Of a stretch of 64,000 bases of DNA, positions 44,656-54,501 are shown one piece after another. Both the position numbers and the translations under genes were made by a program. Under the pieces are notes generated by a model. It did no database searches. It had not been told where the DNA came from and was given only the letters and a program-made list of their open reading frames with translations. The number at the start of each line of letters is the position of its first letter. Positions within the stretch are counted from its first letter, which is position 1. Origin of the DNA: Pseudomonadota bacterium (GTDB taxonomy: Bacteria; Pseudomonadota; Alphaproteobacteria; Paracaedibacterales; CAITNM01); assembly GCA_018062345.1 (NCBI GenBank), contig JAGOSL010000001.1:170493-234492 (forward strand). The letters run 5' to 3'.

Positions 44656-46011
44656 TTACCTATCAATTCTTATTCCAAAAGCTTTTAATTCTTTAAGAAT
44701 TGTTTGTAAATCTTGTTCAGTATTGCCTTCTGCTCTTACGATTAATGCACTTTGGGTGTTAGATGCGCGTACTAACCACCAGCCGTAAGTATTCTCAACG
44801 CGAACACCATCAATTTCATTAAAGCTTTTCCCTGCATCAGTTAGTTTTTTCTTTAAATCATGAATGATTTGAAGTTTCTCTCTTTCATTACAGTTAAGGC
44901 GTATTTCAGGAGTGCTGTAAGCTTTTGGAAGCTGGGCTACTAAATCAGAGAAATTTACTTCAAGTTTTTGAATATAATTCAGCAGGAAAATCGCAGCATA
45001 CAATCCATCGTCAAAACCGTAATAATCATGTTTAAAAAACATGTGCCCGCTCATTTCACCAGCAAATATAGCATTATGTTGAATCATCGCCTGTTTTATC
45101 CAAGAATGTCCTGTCCGCTCCATCACTGGTTTTCCACCAGCCGCTGTAATAGCATTGAATGTATGATTGCTGCACTTGACATCGGCAATAATTGTACCGC
45201 CTTTCGCATCTTGCAAAATCGCATGGCTTATAATCGCGACTAGCTCATCACCCGCAATAATACGCCCCGTGGAGTCTACAATTCCCACGCGGTCTGCATC
45301 ACCATCAAAAGCAAAGCCAATATCGCAATTATTTTCTTTTACAGCTGCAATAAGGTGACTTAAATTTTCAGGTACACTTGGGTCGGGGTGGTGATTGGGG
45401 AAATTGCAATCAATATTCGTAAATAATGGCACATGACTATGTTTAGAAAGGTCTTTGCAAAATGCTTCTATAACGGGTCCCGCAGCGCCATTTCCGGCAT
45501 CCCAGGCAATTCTTAGCGGCTTTTTAAAAGTGTGCCCTAACAACACTCGTTTAACGTATTTATCAAAAACATCTTTGTGTTCTGTATAATTTCCACCAGG
45601 TTTTTTTGTCACCTCTTGCAGAAGTAGATTTTGAATTTGTGTTCCAAAAAATGGTTTGTTCCTTAAGGTGATTTTAATGCCGTTATCATCCTTGGGATTA
45701 TGTGATCCTGTAATCATTAACGTTGCATCGGCATTCAGCTCAAAACCAGCGAAATAGCTCATAGGGGTTGGGCCCACGCCAATATCTAGTACCTCAAGGC
45801 CACAATCTATTAAAGCGTTACATAAAACTGCATGAAGTGCTGGCGAACTACTGCGCCCATCGCGGCAAACTACAACTGTTTTTCCACCATTGTCGCGCAA
45901 TAAGCTACCGAAGTGTTCACCTAACCACGTGGCATCAGCCTCAAAAAGGTTCTTGCCATAGGTGCCGCGTATATCATATTCACGCAAAATAATGGGGTTA
46001 GGCTGATACAT
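44656..46011 (-). CDS. phosphomannomutase/phosphoglucomutase
   Basis: Phosphoserine loop ITGSHNPKDDNG, metal loop FDGDADR and GEMSGH. Length is 451 aa. Confidence 0.9.
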   Translation of the reverse strand: MYQPNPIILREYDIRGTYGKNLFEADATWLGEHFGSLLRDNGGKTVVVCRDGRSSSPALHAVLCNALIDCGLEVLDIGVGPTPMSYFAGFELNADATLMITGSHNPKDDNGIKITLRNKPFFGTQIQNLLLQEVTKKPGGNYTEHKDVFDKYVKRVLLGHTFKKPLRIAWDAGNGAAGPVIEAFCKDLSKHSHVPLFTNIDCNFPNHHPDPSVPENLSHLIAAVKENNCDIGFAFDGDADRVGIVDSTGRIIAGDELVAIISHAILQDAKGGTIIADVKCSNHTFNAITAAGGKPVMERTGHSWIKQAMIQHNAIFAGEMSGHMFFKHDYYGFDDGLYAAIFLLNYIQKLEVNFSDLVAQLPKAYSTPEIRLNCNEREKLQIIHDLKKKLTDAGKSFNEIDGVRVENTYGWWLVRASNTQSALIVRAEGNTEQDLQTILKELKAFGIRIDR

Positions 46012-46225
46012 GCTCTATCGTTGTTAAAAATATGGGATATTCTAAATCATTCACAAAAAAAATAGCAATAATTTATCCTGCTCAAAATTTTACAAAGAAA
46101 TATGTATTGCAAAAAATTACAGCTATCACTAAATAATAAATGAAAGAAATCAGGCATTACAACAATATCAGCAACTGATGCAACAAATGGCTGCTCTACC
46201 ACGAGCGTGTGATGTAGAAAATAAT

Positions 46226-47104
46226 TTAAGCTGATAGAGGTATTTTAAGGTTTGTAAACACAGATTTCAAATAGGGACGAAGTTCAGGGTCACTTGCTGC
46301 CAGGGCAAGATTTGCCTGTAACCAGCCTACTTTTGTGCCGCAGTCATAGCGCTCACCAGAAAAACGAAACCCCGTTAAAGGAACATTAGCTCCAAGCATC
46401 GATTGTAACCCGTCTGTTAGCTGAATTTCCCCTCCAGTACCAGCTTTTTTTAAGCCCAACGGCTCAAAGATTGAAGTGCTTAAAATATAGCGGCCAATAA
46501 TCGCGGTTGAAGAAGGGGCTGCAGATATATCCGGTTTTTCAATAACGGCTTTTGCATTTACCTTTGCGCCTGACTGCGACCCAATATCAAGAACGCCATA
46601 ACGATTAACTTCATTTTTTGGCACATCAATTACAGCCACCATGTTGCCATCGTCTTTAGTGTAAGAATCAACCATTTGTTTTAGGCAAGGAACTTTTGAT
46701 TGAATTAAATCATCAGCAAGTAAAAGTGCAAATGCATCTTCTTGGATAAAATGGCGTGCACACCAAACTGCATGTCCTAACCCTAATGGTTCATGCTGAC
46801 GAACGAATAATGCTTGCCCTTCTGGAATGCGAATTGAGCGAATTTTTTCAAGGTCTTCTATTTTTCCGCGAGCTTGCAAAGTCGATTCAAGCCCGCTATG
46901 GCTATCAAAATGATTCTCGATTGCTTCTTTACCTTGAGAAGTTATAAAAATAAATTTTTCAATTCCTGCTGCTTTTGCTTCTTCAACTGCATATTGAATA
47001 AGTGGCTTGTCAACAACTACTAGCATTTCCTTTGGGATAGCTTTTGTAGCTGGCAAAAAACGGCTTCCAAGTCCAGCTACTGGGAAAACAGCAGTTTTAA
47101 TCAT
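46226..47104 (-). CDS. galU: UTP--glucose-1-phosphate uridylyltransferase
   Basis: AVFPVAGLGSRFLPATKAIPKEML and VEKP. TGATG overlap with mipZ. Confidence 0.92.
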   Translation of the reverse strand: MIKTAVFPVAGLGSRFLPATKAIPKEMLVVVDKPLIQYAVEEAKAAGIEKFIFITSQGKEAIENHFDSHSGLESTLQARGKIEDLEKIRSIRIPEGQALFVRQHEPLGLGHAVWCARHFIQEDAFALLLADDLIQSKVPCLKQMVDSYTKDDGNMVAVIDVPKNEVNRYGVLDIGSQSGAKVNAKAVIEKPDISAAPSSTAIIGRYILSTSIFEPLGLKKAGTGGEIQLTDGLQSMLGANVPLTGFRFSGERYDCGTKVGWLQANLALAASDPELRPYLKSVFTNLKIPLSA

Positions 47105-47931
47105 CAGGCAACTTTCCTGCTTTGTTTCGGAATTTGAATCATTTCTAGCAGCTGGTTTAGTTCTTGGCGAGCAGCAACATGAGAAATATTCATCGCAACT
47201 CTTGCTTCGCGTAAATCAAGTAACGTAATTCCATTTAAAAATAACTCACGGAAAATTACACGCTCACCAAAACCTGCAACCAGGCGAAAACCTATTCGCT
47301 TTGAAAGATTCTCCAAAGCTTTGCGCATTTCTTCCTTATTACGTGAATTTACAGAAGTTAAACGGTTGCGCAGCACAATCCAATCGATAGCTCTGCGATC
47401 ACCGCGTATTGCGCGTTGTTTTTTTTGCTCCCATACCATTTCTGAATAGGTGCTAGGACGAACAACTTCTAAAGTTTCGGGGTTTAATCGCGCCAACATA
47501 TCAAGATCGATAAAACTGTCATTTAACGGAGTAATCAACGTGTTCGCAAAGCTATGTGCTAAGCGTGATAAATACATATCACTACCAGGTGTATCAACTA
47601 CTATATAGTCACAGGCTGCCAGTTTTTCCATGGCTTCTTTAAAATTTTTTTCATCTTCTGCTTGAGCTTCCTCAACTATAGATTTTTCTGAACGAAAAAC
47701 TGGATAATGCTCAGGTAAAGGTAAGTGTTCATCAGGTTTAGCTTCACTTCGCAGGCGGCGATTCTCAACATAGCGAGACAACGTTCCCTGACGCGCGTCC
47801 ACATCAATACTACCCACCTTGTATCCTTGGCGTAAAAGGGACGTGATAATATGCATTGCTGCAGTTGATTTACCCGTCCCGCCTTTTTCGTTGCCCAATA
47901 CAACAACATAAGGATTATGATTTTCAGACAC
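47104..47931 (-). CDS. mipZ: ParA-like division-plane positioning ATPase MipZ
   Basis: VVVLGNEKGGTGKSTAAMHIITSLL...GSIDVDARQGTLSRYVENRR closely follows the Caulobacter MipZ N-terminus as recalled. Length is 275 aa. Confidence 0.8.
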   Translation of the reverse strand: MSENHNPYVVVLGNEKGGTGKSTAAMHIITSLLRQGYKVGSIDVDARQGTLSRYVENRRLRSEAKPDEHLPLPEHYPVFRSEKSIVEEAQAEDEKNFKEAMEKLAACDYIVVDTPGSDMYLSRLAHSFANTLITPLNDSFIDLDMLARLNPETLEVVRPSTYSEMVWEQKKQRAIRGDRRAIDWIVLRNRLTSVNSRNKEEMRKALENLSKRIGFRLVAGFGERVIFRELFLNGITLLDLREARVAMNISHVAARQELNQLLEMIQIPKQSRKVA

Positions 47932-48082
47932 TTGATATTCCTTTGCTTAAATTCTGATTTCATAATAGAAAGAAATAAGGAATAAATTCAAGATTTTATT
48001 ATCAGAGATTAAATATTACTAAATTTAATTGATTATTAATTTAAAATTTTAACAGTGCATTGGTAATTTAAGGTCTATGCTT

Positions 48083-48112
48083 AAAAAACAGGCCCTCACT
48101 GGTTAATGAGGG
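48083..48112 (-). terminator. rho-independent terminator for ORF 48131-49549
   Basis: Minus strand reads CCCTCA-TTAACCAG-TGAGGG followed by CCTGTTTTTT. Confidence 0.7.
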
Positions 48113-48130
48113 TCTATTTAAATAAACTAA

Positions 48131-49549
48131 TTAGACTTCTTCATTAGCAACATTGTTAGCACCTGAAGTTGTTAAAAGAGCTGCTTCGTTTAATTCTTCT
48201 TCAGAAGATGTTTGGGGCAACTCCTTCTCGATAATTTTATGTTCAGAATCATCATCAATAACATCCAAATCTAGACGTATTCCAGGTAATTCAGAAACCT
48301 CTGCCAACGTACTAGTTTTAAGCAATGCCTGAGCTCCTAACATTTTTGCTAAAAAGTTAGTTGTTGCTGTTCTCAGGTTAATCATAAATTCTGAATTTAG
48401 GTCTATTCCAGTTAGGAAAACAGCATCATCAATCATGGAAATTGAGCCATCACTCTTTACAACTAATTTTTGCGAAGCAGAAGTTGATGGTAGAGTTCCG
48501 TGTAATGTATAAATTTTACTAGCTAGAATATTGGTGGGACTTTGATCTGTCACAAACGAAGTTGCTGCAGGAACAGTTGAGGGCTTTATCATAACCCCAA
48601 AAAGCGCATCAAAAGCTGCGTAAGCCAAAGTTTTTCTAACATCAAGCTCTCTAATTTGTAATACTTGTAAAGCATCTGGTTGTATTGAAGTGCTTAATCC
48701 TCCCCATGCAGATTTCGTAGCTGCCTTATTAACCTCTTGAATCTGCCCTAGAATTGATTGCAAATATTCACCAATTATCGGAACAATTCCGCGCATCTGC
48801 GGGATGATATTTACCAAAAAACTTGCTCGTGTAAGATTGTCAGCTGTATTAGTATCACAAGCAATATTACGTACGCACTTTAAAAGTGAGTCTAGTTGCT
48901 GATTCAGTGATACCGCAAGATCCACAGGAGAAGTTAGGTACCGGCGAATATTCAAAAAATAAACTTGTTCAGCAATAGGTAGAGAAGAAGTTTTTTGTTC
49001 TATCGCAAGATATAATGAACACAGCTGTCCTGGCACAACCTCGCTTTGTTCTGAAAGTACCGAAAATGCATGCACACCAGGGCTTTGAAGTTGTTGATGG
49101 GCTTCGTACACATCATCTTGTAACAACTCAATTTCATCGCTTAACTTATTTATTTCAGTCTGCAATGAAATAATAATATCTTGATTTTTTTTATTGGTGC
49201 TAAGAATGCCTGCTTTTGCCCCAACGCAATATGATAAGCAGCCCTTAACTTTTGGTTTATTAGTTACAGATGCTTGAGCATCTTCAAAAAATCTTATAGG
49301 TAAAGAAGAACTCGAAATTTGTTTGATTAATTCTTGTTTAAGAACATCTTTATCTATCGTATCTATTAATTTTTCTACATAAGCAGCAAATATTTTTGGT
49401 CCTTGCTCTCCTGAAAAGCGTCCCGTTTCTTGACTTAGCTCTGAAAGAGTATCTAAAGAATATTCTGTGCTTGCAGCATCTAAGCTTTGAATGTGTAAAA
49501 CACCACCCAGTAGCAGAGCAATTGCCGTAAATTTTAGGGATGACTTCAT
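48131..49549 (-). CDS. secreted hypothetical protein (472 aa)
   Basis: Signal peptide MKSSLKFTAIALLLGGVLHIQSLDAA, a helical body and an acidic C-terminus. No family recognised. Confidence 0.55.
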   Translation of the reverse strand: MKSSLKFTAIALLLGGVLHIQSLDAASTEYSLDTLSELSQETGRFSGEQGPKIFAAYVEKLIDTIDKDVLKQELIKQISSSSLPIRFFEDAQASVTNKPKVKGCLSYCVGAKAGILSTNKKNQDIIISLQTEINKLSDEIELLQDDVYEAHQQLQSPGVHAFSVLSEQSEVVPGQLCSLYLAIEQKTSSLPIAEQVYFLNIRRYLTSPVDLAVSLNQQLDSLLKCVRNIACDTNTADNLTRASFLVNIIPQMRGIVPIIGEYLQSILGQIQEVNKAATKSAWGGLSTSIQPDALQVLQIRELDVRKTLAYAAFDALFGVMIKPSTVPAATSFVTDQSPTNILASKIYTLHGTLPSTSASQKLVVKSDGSISMIDDAVFLTGIDLNSEFMINLRTATTNFLAKMLGAQALLKTSTLAEVSELPGIRLDLDVIDDDSEHKIIEKELPQTSSEEELNEAALLTTSGANNVANEEV

Positions 49550-49622
49550 ATAGTAACTCCTGAAAAAATGATACTTACCTAATTAGTGTAGGCCTCAAGA
49601 TGAAAAAATAAAGCACTTTTTC

Positions 49623-50528
49623 TTACTGTTTTTTATCTTTTTCAAAAAGAACTTTTATTTTACTGCTAAGTAATAATGCCACATCTAGTGAATGGAATTT
49701 AAGCGGTAATACTTGCTGCTCAATTGTCTGAGTGATCGATACTTGTTTTATTACTGATTTTTCAACACGCATAGCCGCTTTTGCAGATAACACTGCATGT
49801 GTTACAACTGCCTCAACAGATAAGGCTCCTTGCTTTACAAGAAATTCTGCAGCACAACACAAAGTACTTCCGGTATCAATAATATCATCCACCAAAATGC
49901 AATCATAACCGGCTACATTCGTATTAAGCCCACTCATCTGGCATGTAGTGTCTGCCTTTCTAATTTTATTCATGACTGCAAAATTACATCCAAGTGCTTG
50001 GCTTAGCTTTTGTGCACGTATCCTACTTCCCGCATCGGGAGAAACAATCATTAAATTTTTGCGATTCCTTAAAAAATCAGCAAATAATGGTGTTGTTTCG
50101 ACATTTTGTACGGGAATGGAAAAAAAATCAGTAATATTTTGAGCGTGTAAATCAACCGTGATCAAATGATCAACTCCAACTACTTCAAAAAGTGTTGATA
50201 CCACTTGCGCAGATATTGGCCCGTTCAAGCTTGTAACTTTGTTTTGGCGGGCATATCCAAAATAGGGCAGTACTGCAATCACCCGGCTGGCCCCTGAATA
50301 CTTTACAGCATTAACCAGTAGTAATAGTTCCATTAAATGATCATTCACTGGATTTGAGGTTGATTGCACAATAACCACATCTTTTCCACGTAGGTCATTT
50401 GCTACTTCAACTCGAAGCTCTCTATCTTCGAAGTAAGCAGTTTGTGCATCCACAAAATCTATGCCAAGCATGTTACTAAGTTTTTTTGCTAACTTTAGGC
50501 TACTGCTGCCGGCAATAAGTTTGGTCAT
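49623..50528 (-). CDS. prs: ribose-phosphate pyrophosphokinase
   Basis: VLPYFGYARQ, the PRPP loop ILVDDIIDTGSTL, and DLHA. Confidence 0.92.
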   Translation of the reverse strand: MTKLIAGSSSLKLAKKLSNMLGIDFVDAQTAYFEDRELRVEVANDLRGKDVVIVQSTSNPVNDHLMELLLLVNAVKYSGASRVIAVLPYFGYARQNKVTSLNGPISAQVVSTLFEVVGVDHLITVDLHAQNITDFFSIPVQNVETTPLFADFLRNRKNLMIVSPDAGSRIRAQKLSQALGCNFAVMNKIRKADTTCQMSGLNTNVAGYDCILVDDIIDTGSTLCCAAEFLVKQGALSVEAVVTHAVLSAKAAMRVEKSVIKQVSITQTIEQQVLPLKFHSLDVALLLSSKIKVLFEKDKKQ

Positions 50529-50603
50529 AGAAAAAATGTTCTGAATTTTTAATAAGAGTAGAATATAAGCGACAGAAAATCTTCATTAAAAGTGGTTTTA
50601 AAA

Positions 50604-51485
50604 TTAATAAAAAAAATCAGGATTCTCAGTGGATTTTCTCCTTTTCTTTCTTTGCTCTTGTTCTTGAGCAGAAGCGTAAATACAAGAAAACCTGTCTTCA
50701 CTTGTTGTTGCTTCATCCTCTAAAGAGTTAAAGTAACTTGCTGCGATTTTACGAGCATTTTTTAATTTTTTAGATCTAGTTTTTCTTATTATTTTTGACA
50801 ATCTTGCCTTTGTATACCAAGGAACAATTTCATCTTCTGAGGAGAAAAATTCTTCAAGAGAATTTTCTGCATATCTATGATGACCCAACAAAGAATCATT
50901 CTGCAAAATATCGCAAGCCGTGAACGCTTTTGCTGAAATTTCAAGATTCTTCCAAACTGAAATCGCGTGCTTATGATGCGCCTTGAACTCAGGATTATTT
51001 AAAATCTTGCAAGCAATAACTTCTTTCGCTAAAGAAACTGACGAATGAGTGCTTTTATCAGAACTGAAGTCTTTCCATGCTCTTATTGCTGCTTCATGCT
51101 CGTAATATTCTCCTAAGGACGTATTTGTGAACAGCTGCAAAGCAATGAATGCTTTTGCTTTAATAGGAAAATCTCTTTCAGTAATCAGAACAGCTGCAGT
51201 AGCCGCTACTTGTATGTGCAATTCTTCTAACTCTCTTTTAAGCAAAATGGTATTTATAAGGTTTGCTTTGATGCTAGAAGAAACTTTTGAGTTTTCAAGG
51301 TAGGGCAATGCTTCTTCTGCTCTTGCTTGATGATATTGACTCAAATCTTTATTTGCCAAAACATGACTAATAATTTCTGCATAATAATCAGGGTGATGAA
51401 TCGGCCCTTCCATTGCATGGAAAGAACTTATGAATTGCGTCATTGAAAAACATAGGCCACTGATTTTAAAAACAATTTTTAGCAA
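50604..51485 (-). CDS. hypothetical helical-repeat protein with a basic C-terminal tail
   Basis: Three to four tandem units of about 45 aa (PIKAKAFIALQLFTN, VSLAKEVIACKILNN, ISAKAFTACDILQND), each preceded by an aromatic/His-x2-A-x3-W/L segment. The tail is EQEQRKKRRKSTE. Confidence 0.5.
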   Translation of the reverse strand: MLKIVFKISGLCFSMTQFISSFHAMEGPIHHPDYYAEIISHVLANKDLSQYHQARAEEALPYLENSKVSSSIKANLINTILLKRELEELHIQVAATAAVLITERDFPIKAKAFIALQLFTNTSLGEYYEHEAAIRAWKDFSSDKSTHSSVSLAKEVIACKILNNPEFKAHHKHAISVWKNLEISAKAFTACDILQNDSLLGHHRYAENSLEEFFSSEDEIVPWYTKARLSKIIRKTRSKKLKNARKIAASYFNSLEDEATTSEDRFSCIYASAQEQEQRKKRRKSTENPDFFY

Positions 51486-51552
51486 TACATTGATCTTTTC
51501 ATTAATTTAAACCAGAAATATATAGTATTATATTTCTAATTTCAACAGATCA

Positions 51553-52647
51553 TCAAGTTTTAGTTGCCGTGATCATCCATGAATTACGCCTTCCGTTGAA
51601 AGAATTTATCGGAACTCGTTCGTGCTGAATATTTAAAAATCCTTGTTTTTGCAAGAATTTGTTAATAGAAGAATCTGGTTGTGATTGTTCGAGTCTTTCT
51701 AATTCAAGTGCCACAACTGCGCTAAGAGATAACTGAAAGTGTTCTGCCTTGGTTAAGAAATCTTCAGCAAAAATACCTATTTCTGTATTTAGCAGCGCGA
51801 AATACTCAGTTTCATCAAGACGAATTAATCCAGTAGCAGTAGTCATTGCTTCCTGCACTGACCTTATAGCTTGCTCGCAAAGCGCCACTTTTTCTTTGCC
51901 CCTAGAAATTAATTCTTCTATTTTTTCGGGTAAAGCGCCTTGAGAAGATAATCGCTCTGTTGTTTCACTCCATACTTGCTCAGTCTCAGAAGACATTGCT
52001 GCCTTTAATAAATCTGGAAATAAAGGGTATGCATAAAAACTAAATGGATTTTTAATTATTGCTTCTTGGTTTTTAGAAATTAAAGGAAGGTGTTCTATGA
52101 AAAGATTAGCTCCTGACCGCATATTATTTGCTAAATTTTTAATAGCTCTTGGCATAAGAAAAAAATCTATAGTTGGTGGAGTGTCCATATCCTCAAGCAT
52201 TTTAGCTATTAGCTTTTTGCGTATTTTTGCTGGATAATTTGCTAATTTCTCAGAAACCTTTGCTACTATAGATTTTTTTATTTCTGGATCATTAGCTGCA
52301 GCTATCCTTTCTAAATCAAGAGCTGTTCGTACTCCTTCGCTAGGAAAAAGTTCCATGAATACAGCAGCAATAGGTTTTTTAAAACCAAATATGCAAACAT
52401 CTGTTCCAGAAATATGATTTGCTATTCCAGTATCAGGGCGCAAATCTAAAGTTGTGGCTCTACCACCAAATGTAAGGGTATGTGTAAAATCAGTTTCAGA
52501 ATTATGATAATAAGATTCAAGATACGGGTTGTTAATCTGACCAACAGTCCTATTGCTACCAACTACTAGATATAACTCTTCAGCACCATAAATAACTGAA
52601 AAAATTATCAAAATAAAAAATAAGCCAACTCTATTGATTTTTCTCAT
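51553..52647 (-). CDS. secreted hypothetical protein (364 aa)
   Basis: Signal peptide MRKINRVGLFFILIIFSVIYGA. No family recognised. Confidence 0.55.
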   Translation of the reverse strand: MRKINRVGLFFILIIFSVIYGAEELYLVVGSNRTVGQINNPYLESYYHNSETDFTHTLTFGGRATTLDLRPDTGIANHISGTDVCIFGFKKPIAAVFMELFPSEGVRTALDLERIAAANDPEIKKSIVAKVSEKLANYPAKIRKKLIAKMLEDMDTPPTIDFFLMPRAIKNLANNMRSGANLFIEHLPLISKNQEAIIKNPFSFYAYPLFPDLLKAAMSSETEQVWSETTERLSSQGALPEKIEELISRGKEKVALCEQAIRSVQEAMTTATGLIRLDETEYFALLNTEIGIFAEDFLTKAEHFQLSLSAVVALELERLEQSQPDSSINKFLQKQGFLNIQHERVPINSFNGRRNSWMITATKT

Positions 52648-52732
52648 ATTGCATTTCTTAAAACTAATGAATTGTAAAAATAATATAATATAAGAAGCTT
52701 TTTAGAAACTTTTATTTTCAAAATTTTTATTT

Positions 52733-53482
52733 CTACAACAAGCCAATCGTTGAAAGTTGATTGCCATAGAAAGATTCCCCACGATGGGCAGAGCGCCTGC
52801 AGCTGAAATATTCATCCTCCAGCGCATAAGTATCTAAACTCAGTACCTCAGTATTTTTAATGCCCTGTGTTTCAAGTTCATGTAATACATATCCAGCTAA
52901 ATCAAAAAGATAATAACTTAAACGTACTGACGAAATAAAAAATTTTTCCTGCTTTGCAGCAGCAAAAACTTCTTGGCCCACTTCGTAACTTTTTTGATGA
53001 ATACATGGGCCAATAGCTGCTGTAATATTTTCCTTTTTAGCACCCAGCGACTGCATAGCATCAATGGTTTTTTCAACAATACCAGCAACTGCACTGCGCC
53101 AACCAGCGTGAATGGCGCCTATAATTCCTTCAAAAGGATCTGTTAGCAAGATTGGTGCGCAATCCGCCGTTTGAATAGCGAGTAATCGACCAGGCATTTT
53201 ACTAACCATCGCGTCGCTTTGATGCCCATTTATTGTGTTTTTATCGACAATTAATACATCACTTTTGTGCACTTGGCGCAGCGTCACCATATGAGAAATT
53301 CCCATCACGCTACATATACGCTGGCGATTTTCAATAATATTAGCATCGTCATCATCTTTGTGAAACCCGGTATTAAGGCTTGTATAAATTCCTTGGCTCA
53401 CGCCTCCCTGACGACCAAAAAAGCCATGCACAATATTTTTGTGATCAAGTTTTTTAGCTTTTTGAAATGGAGGCGTTACCAT
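52733..53482 (-). CDS. pgeF: peptidoglycan editing factor PgeF / YfiH (laccase-domain protein)
   Basis: HGFFGRQGGVS, LRQVHKSDV, TADCAPIL and AIHAGWR. Confidence 0.88.
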   Translation of the reverse strand: MVTPPFQKAKKLDHKNIVHGFFGRQGGVSQGIYTSLNTGFHKDDDDANIIENRQRICSVMGISHMVTLRQVHKSDVLIVDKNTINGHQSDAMVSKMPGRLLAIQTADCAPILLTDPFEGIIGAIHAGWRSAVAGIVEKTIDAMQSLGAKKENITAAIGPCIHQKSYEVGQEVFAAAKQEKFFISSVRLSYYLFDLAGYVLHELETQGIKNTEVLSLDTYALEDEYFSCRRSAHRGESFYGNQLSTIGLL

Positions 53483-54501
53483 TGAAAAACCTCAAGTACT
53501 TTAAAGCGTTGCCCCATTTCACTCGGTGCTACCAAACGGGTCGCTCCTGTTGTTAAGCTAAATCGTTGCTCAGGTGAAGCAATGCCAATTAGCTTTTCAA
53601 GGCGTTGTTCAATACCTAAACGCAACAAGAAATTTCCTTGTGGTTGAAACCTGAAATTTATAGCAATGCTGCACAATTTATGAAAATCAACCTGATGTGA
53701 TAAATCAGCAAAACTTAAACTCTGCAGCACATTAACTGGTTTATGCTGAAACAATGCTTGCAGCGTATCACCAAAGCGTGCTTCAGATGGGGTGTCATCA
53801 CCGTAGTCAATAATTAATGCCACCCCAGGACTAAGATAATTCATAATTTCATGCATCACTGCCTCTGCAGCAGGGCATGATTCTTTAATAGTTTTTGGAT
53901 TTCCAGGCGGAGAAAAAATCAGTGTATTTTCTTGTTCGCTATAACGCACCTTTCGTTCTTCGTGTCCAATGAACTGACGAATAGGCAATGTATCAAAAAA
54001 TTCATTAGCAACAATTATTGTAAAATCTGCACCTTTTGGTACTTCTGAAAGACTTGTGTGCCAGAAAATCGAAGGAAAATCACCTAATGCTTCACGCTGT
54101 TGCTCGCGAAGCGGCGCACAAATTTCGATACAACTAACTGTTAAACTTTCCAAAAAACCTTCCTGACGAGCCCCGATACGTAAAATATCTTGCATTAATG
54201 TTCCTCTGCCAGGCCCTAATTCAATTAGATGTAACGACGCGGGCATTCCTGCTTCTTGCCATTGAGCAATACACCAAAAAGCAAGCATTTCACCAAATAG
54301 CTGAGAAATTTCAGGTGCTGTTATAAAATCACCCTGAGAACCAATAACACTGTTGTGCACATAGTACCCAAACTCTGGATGGTAAAGACCAAGTTTTTGA
54401 GCTTCTTCTACTGTGACAGGACCGTTTTTTCGGATGTAGTCTTGAATACACGAAGGCGCACCATCATCAATATGATGCTTAGCAAAAGCATGAGCGTACA
54501 T
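53476..54501 (-). CDS. class I SAM-dependent methyltransferase, MidA/NDUFAF7 (DUF185) family
   Basis: GLYHPEFGYY, GDFITAPEISQLFGEMLA and LIELGPGRGTLMQDIL. Confidence 0.85.
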   Translation of the reverse strand: MYAHAFAKHHIDDGAPSCIQDYIRKNGPVTVEEAQKLGLYHPEFGYYVHNSVIGSQGDFITAPEISQLFGEMLAFWCIAQWQEAGMPASLHLIELGPGRGTLMQDILRIGARQEGFLESLTVSCIEICAPLREQQREALGDFPSIFWHTSLSEVPKGADFTIIVANEFFDTLPIRQFIGHEERKVRYSEQENTLIFSPPGNPKTIKESCPAAEAVMHEIMNYLSPGVALIIDYGDDTPSEARFGDTLQALFQHKPVNVLQSLSFADLSHQVDFHKLCSIAINFRFQPQGNFLLRLGIEQRLEKLIGIASPEQRFSLTTGATRLVAPSEMGQRFKVLEVFQW

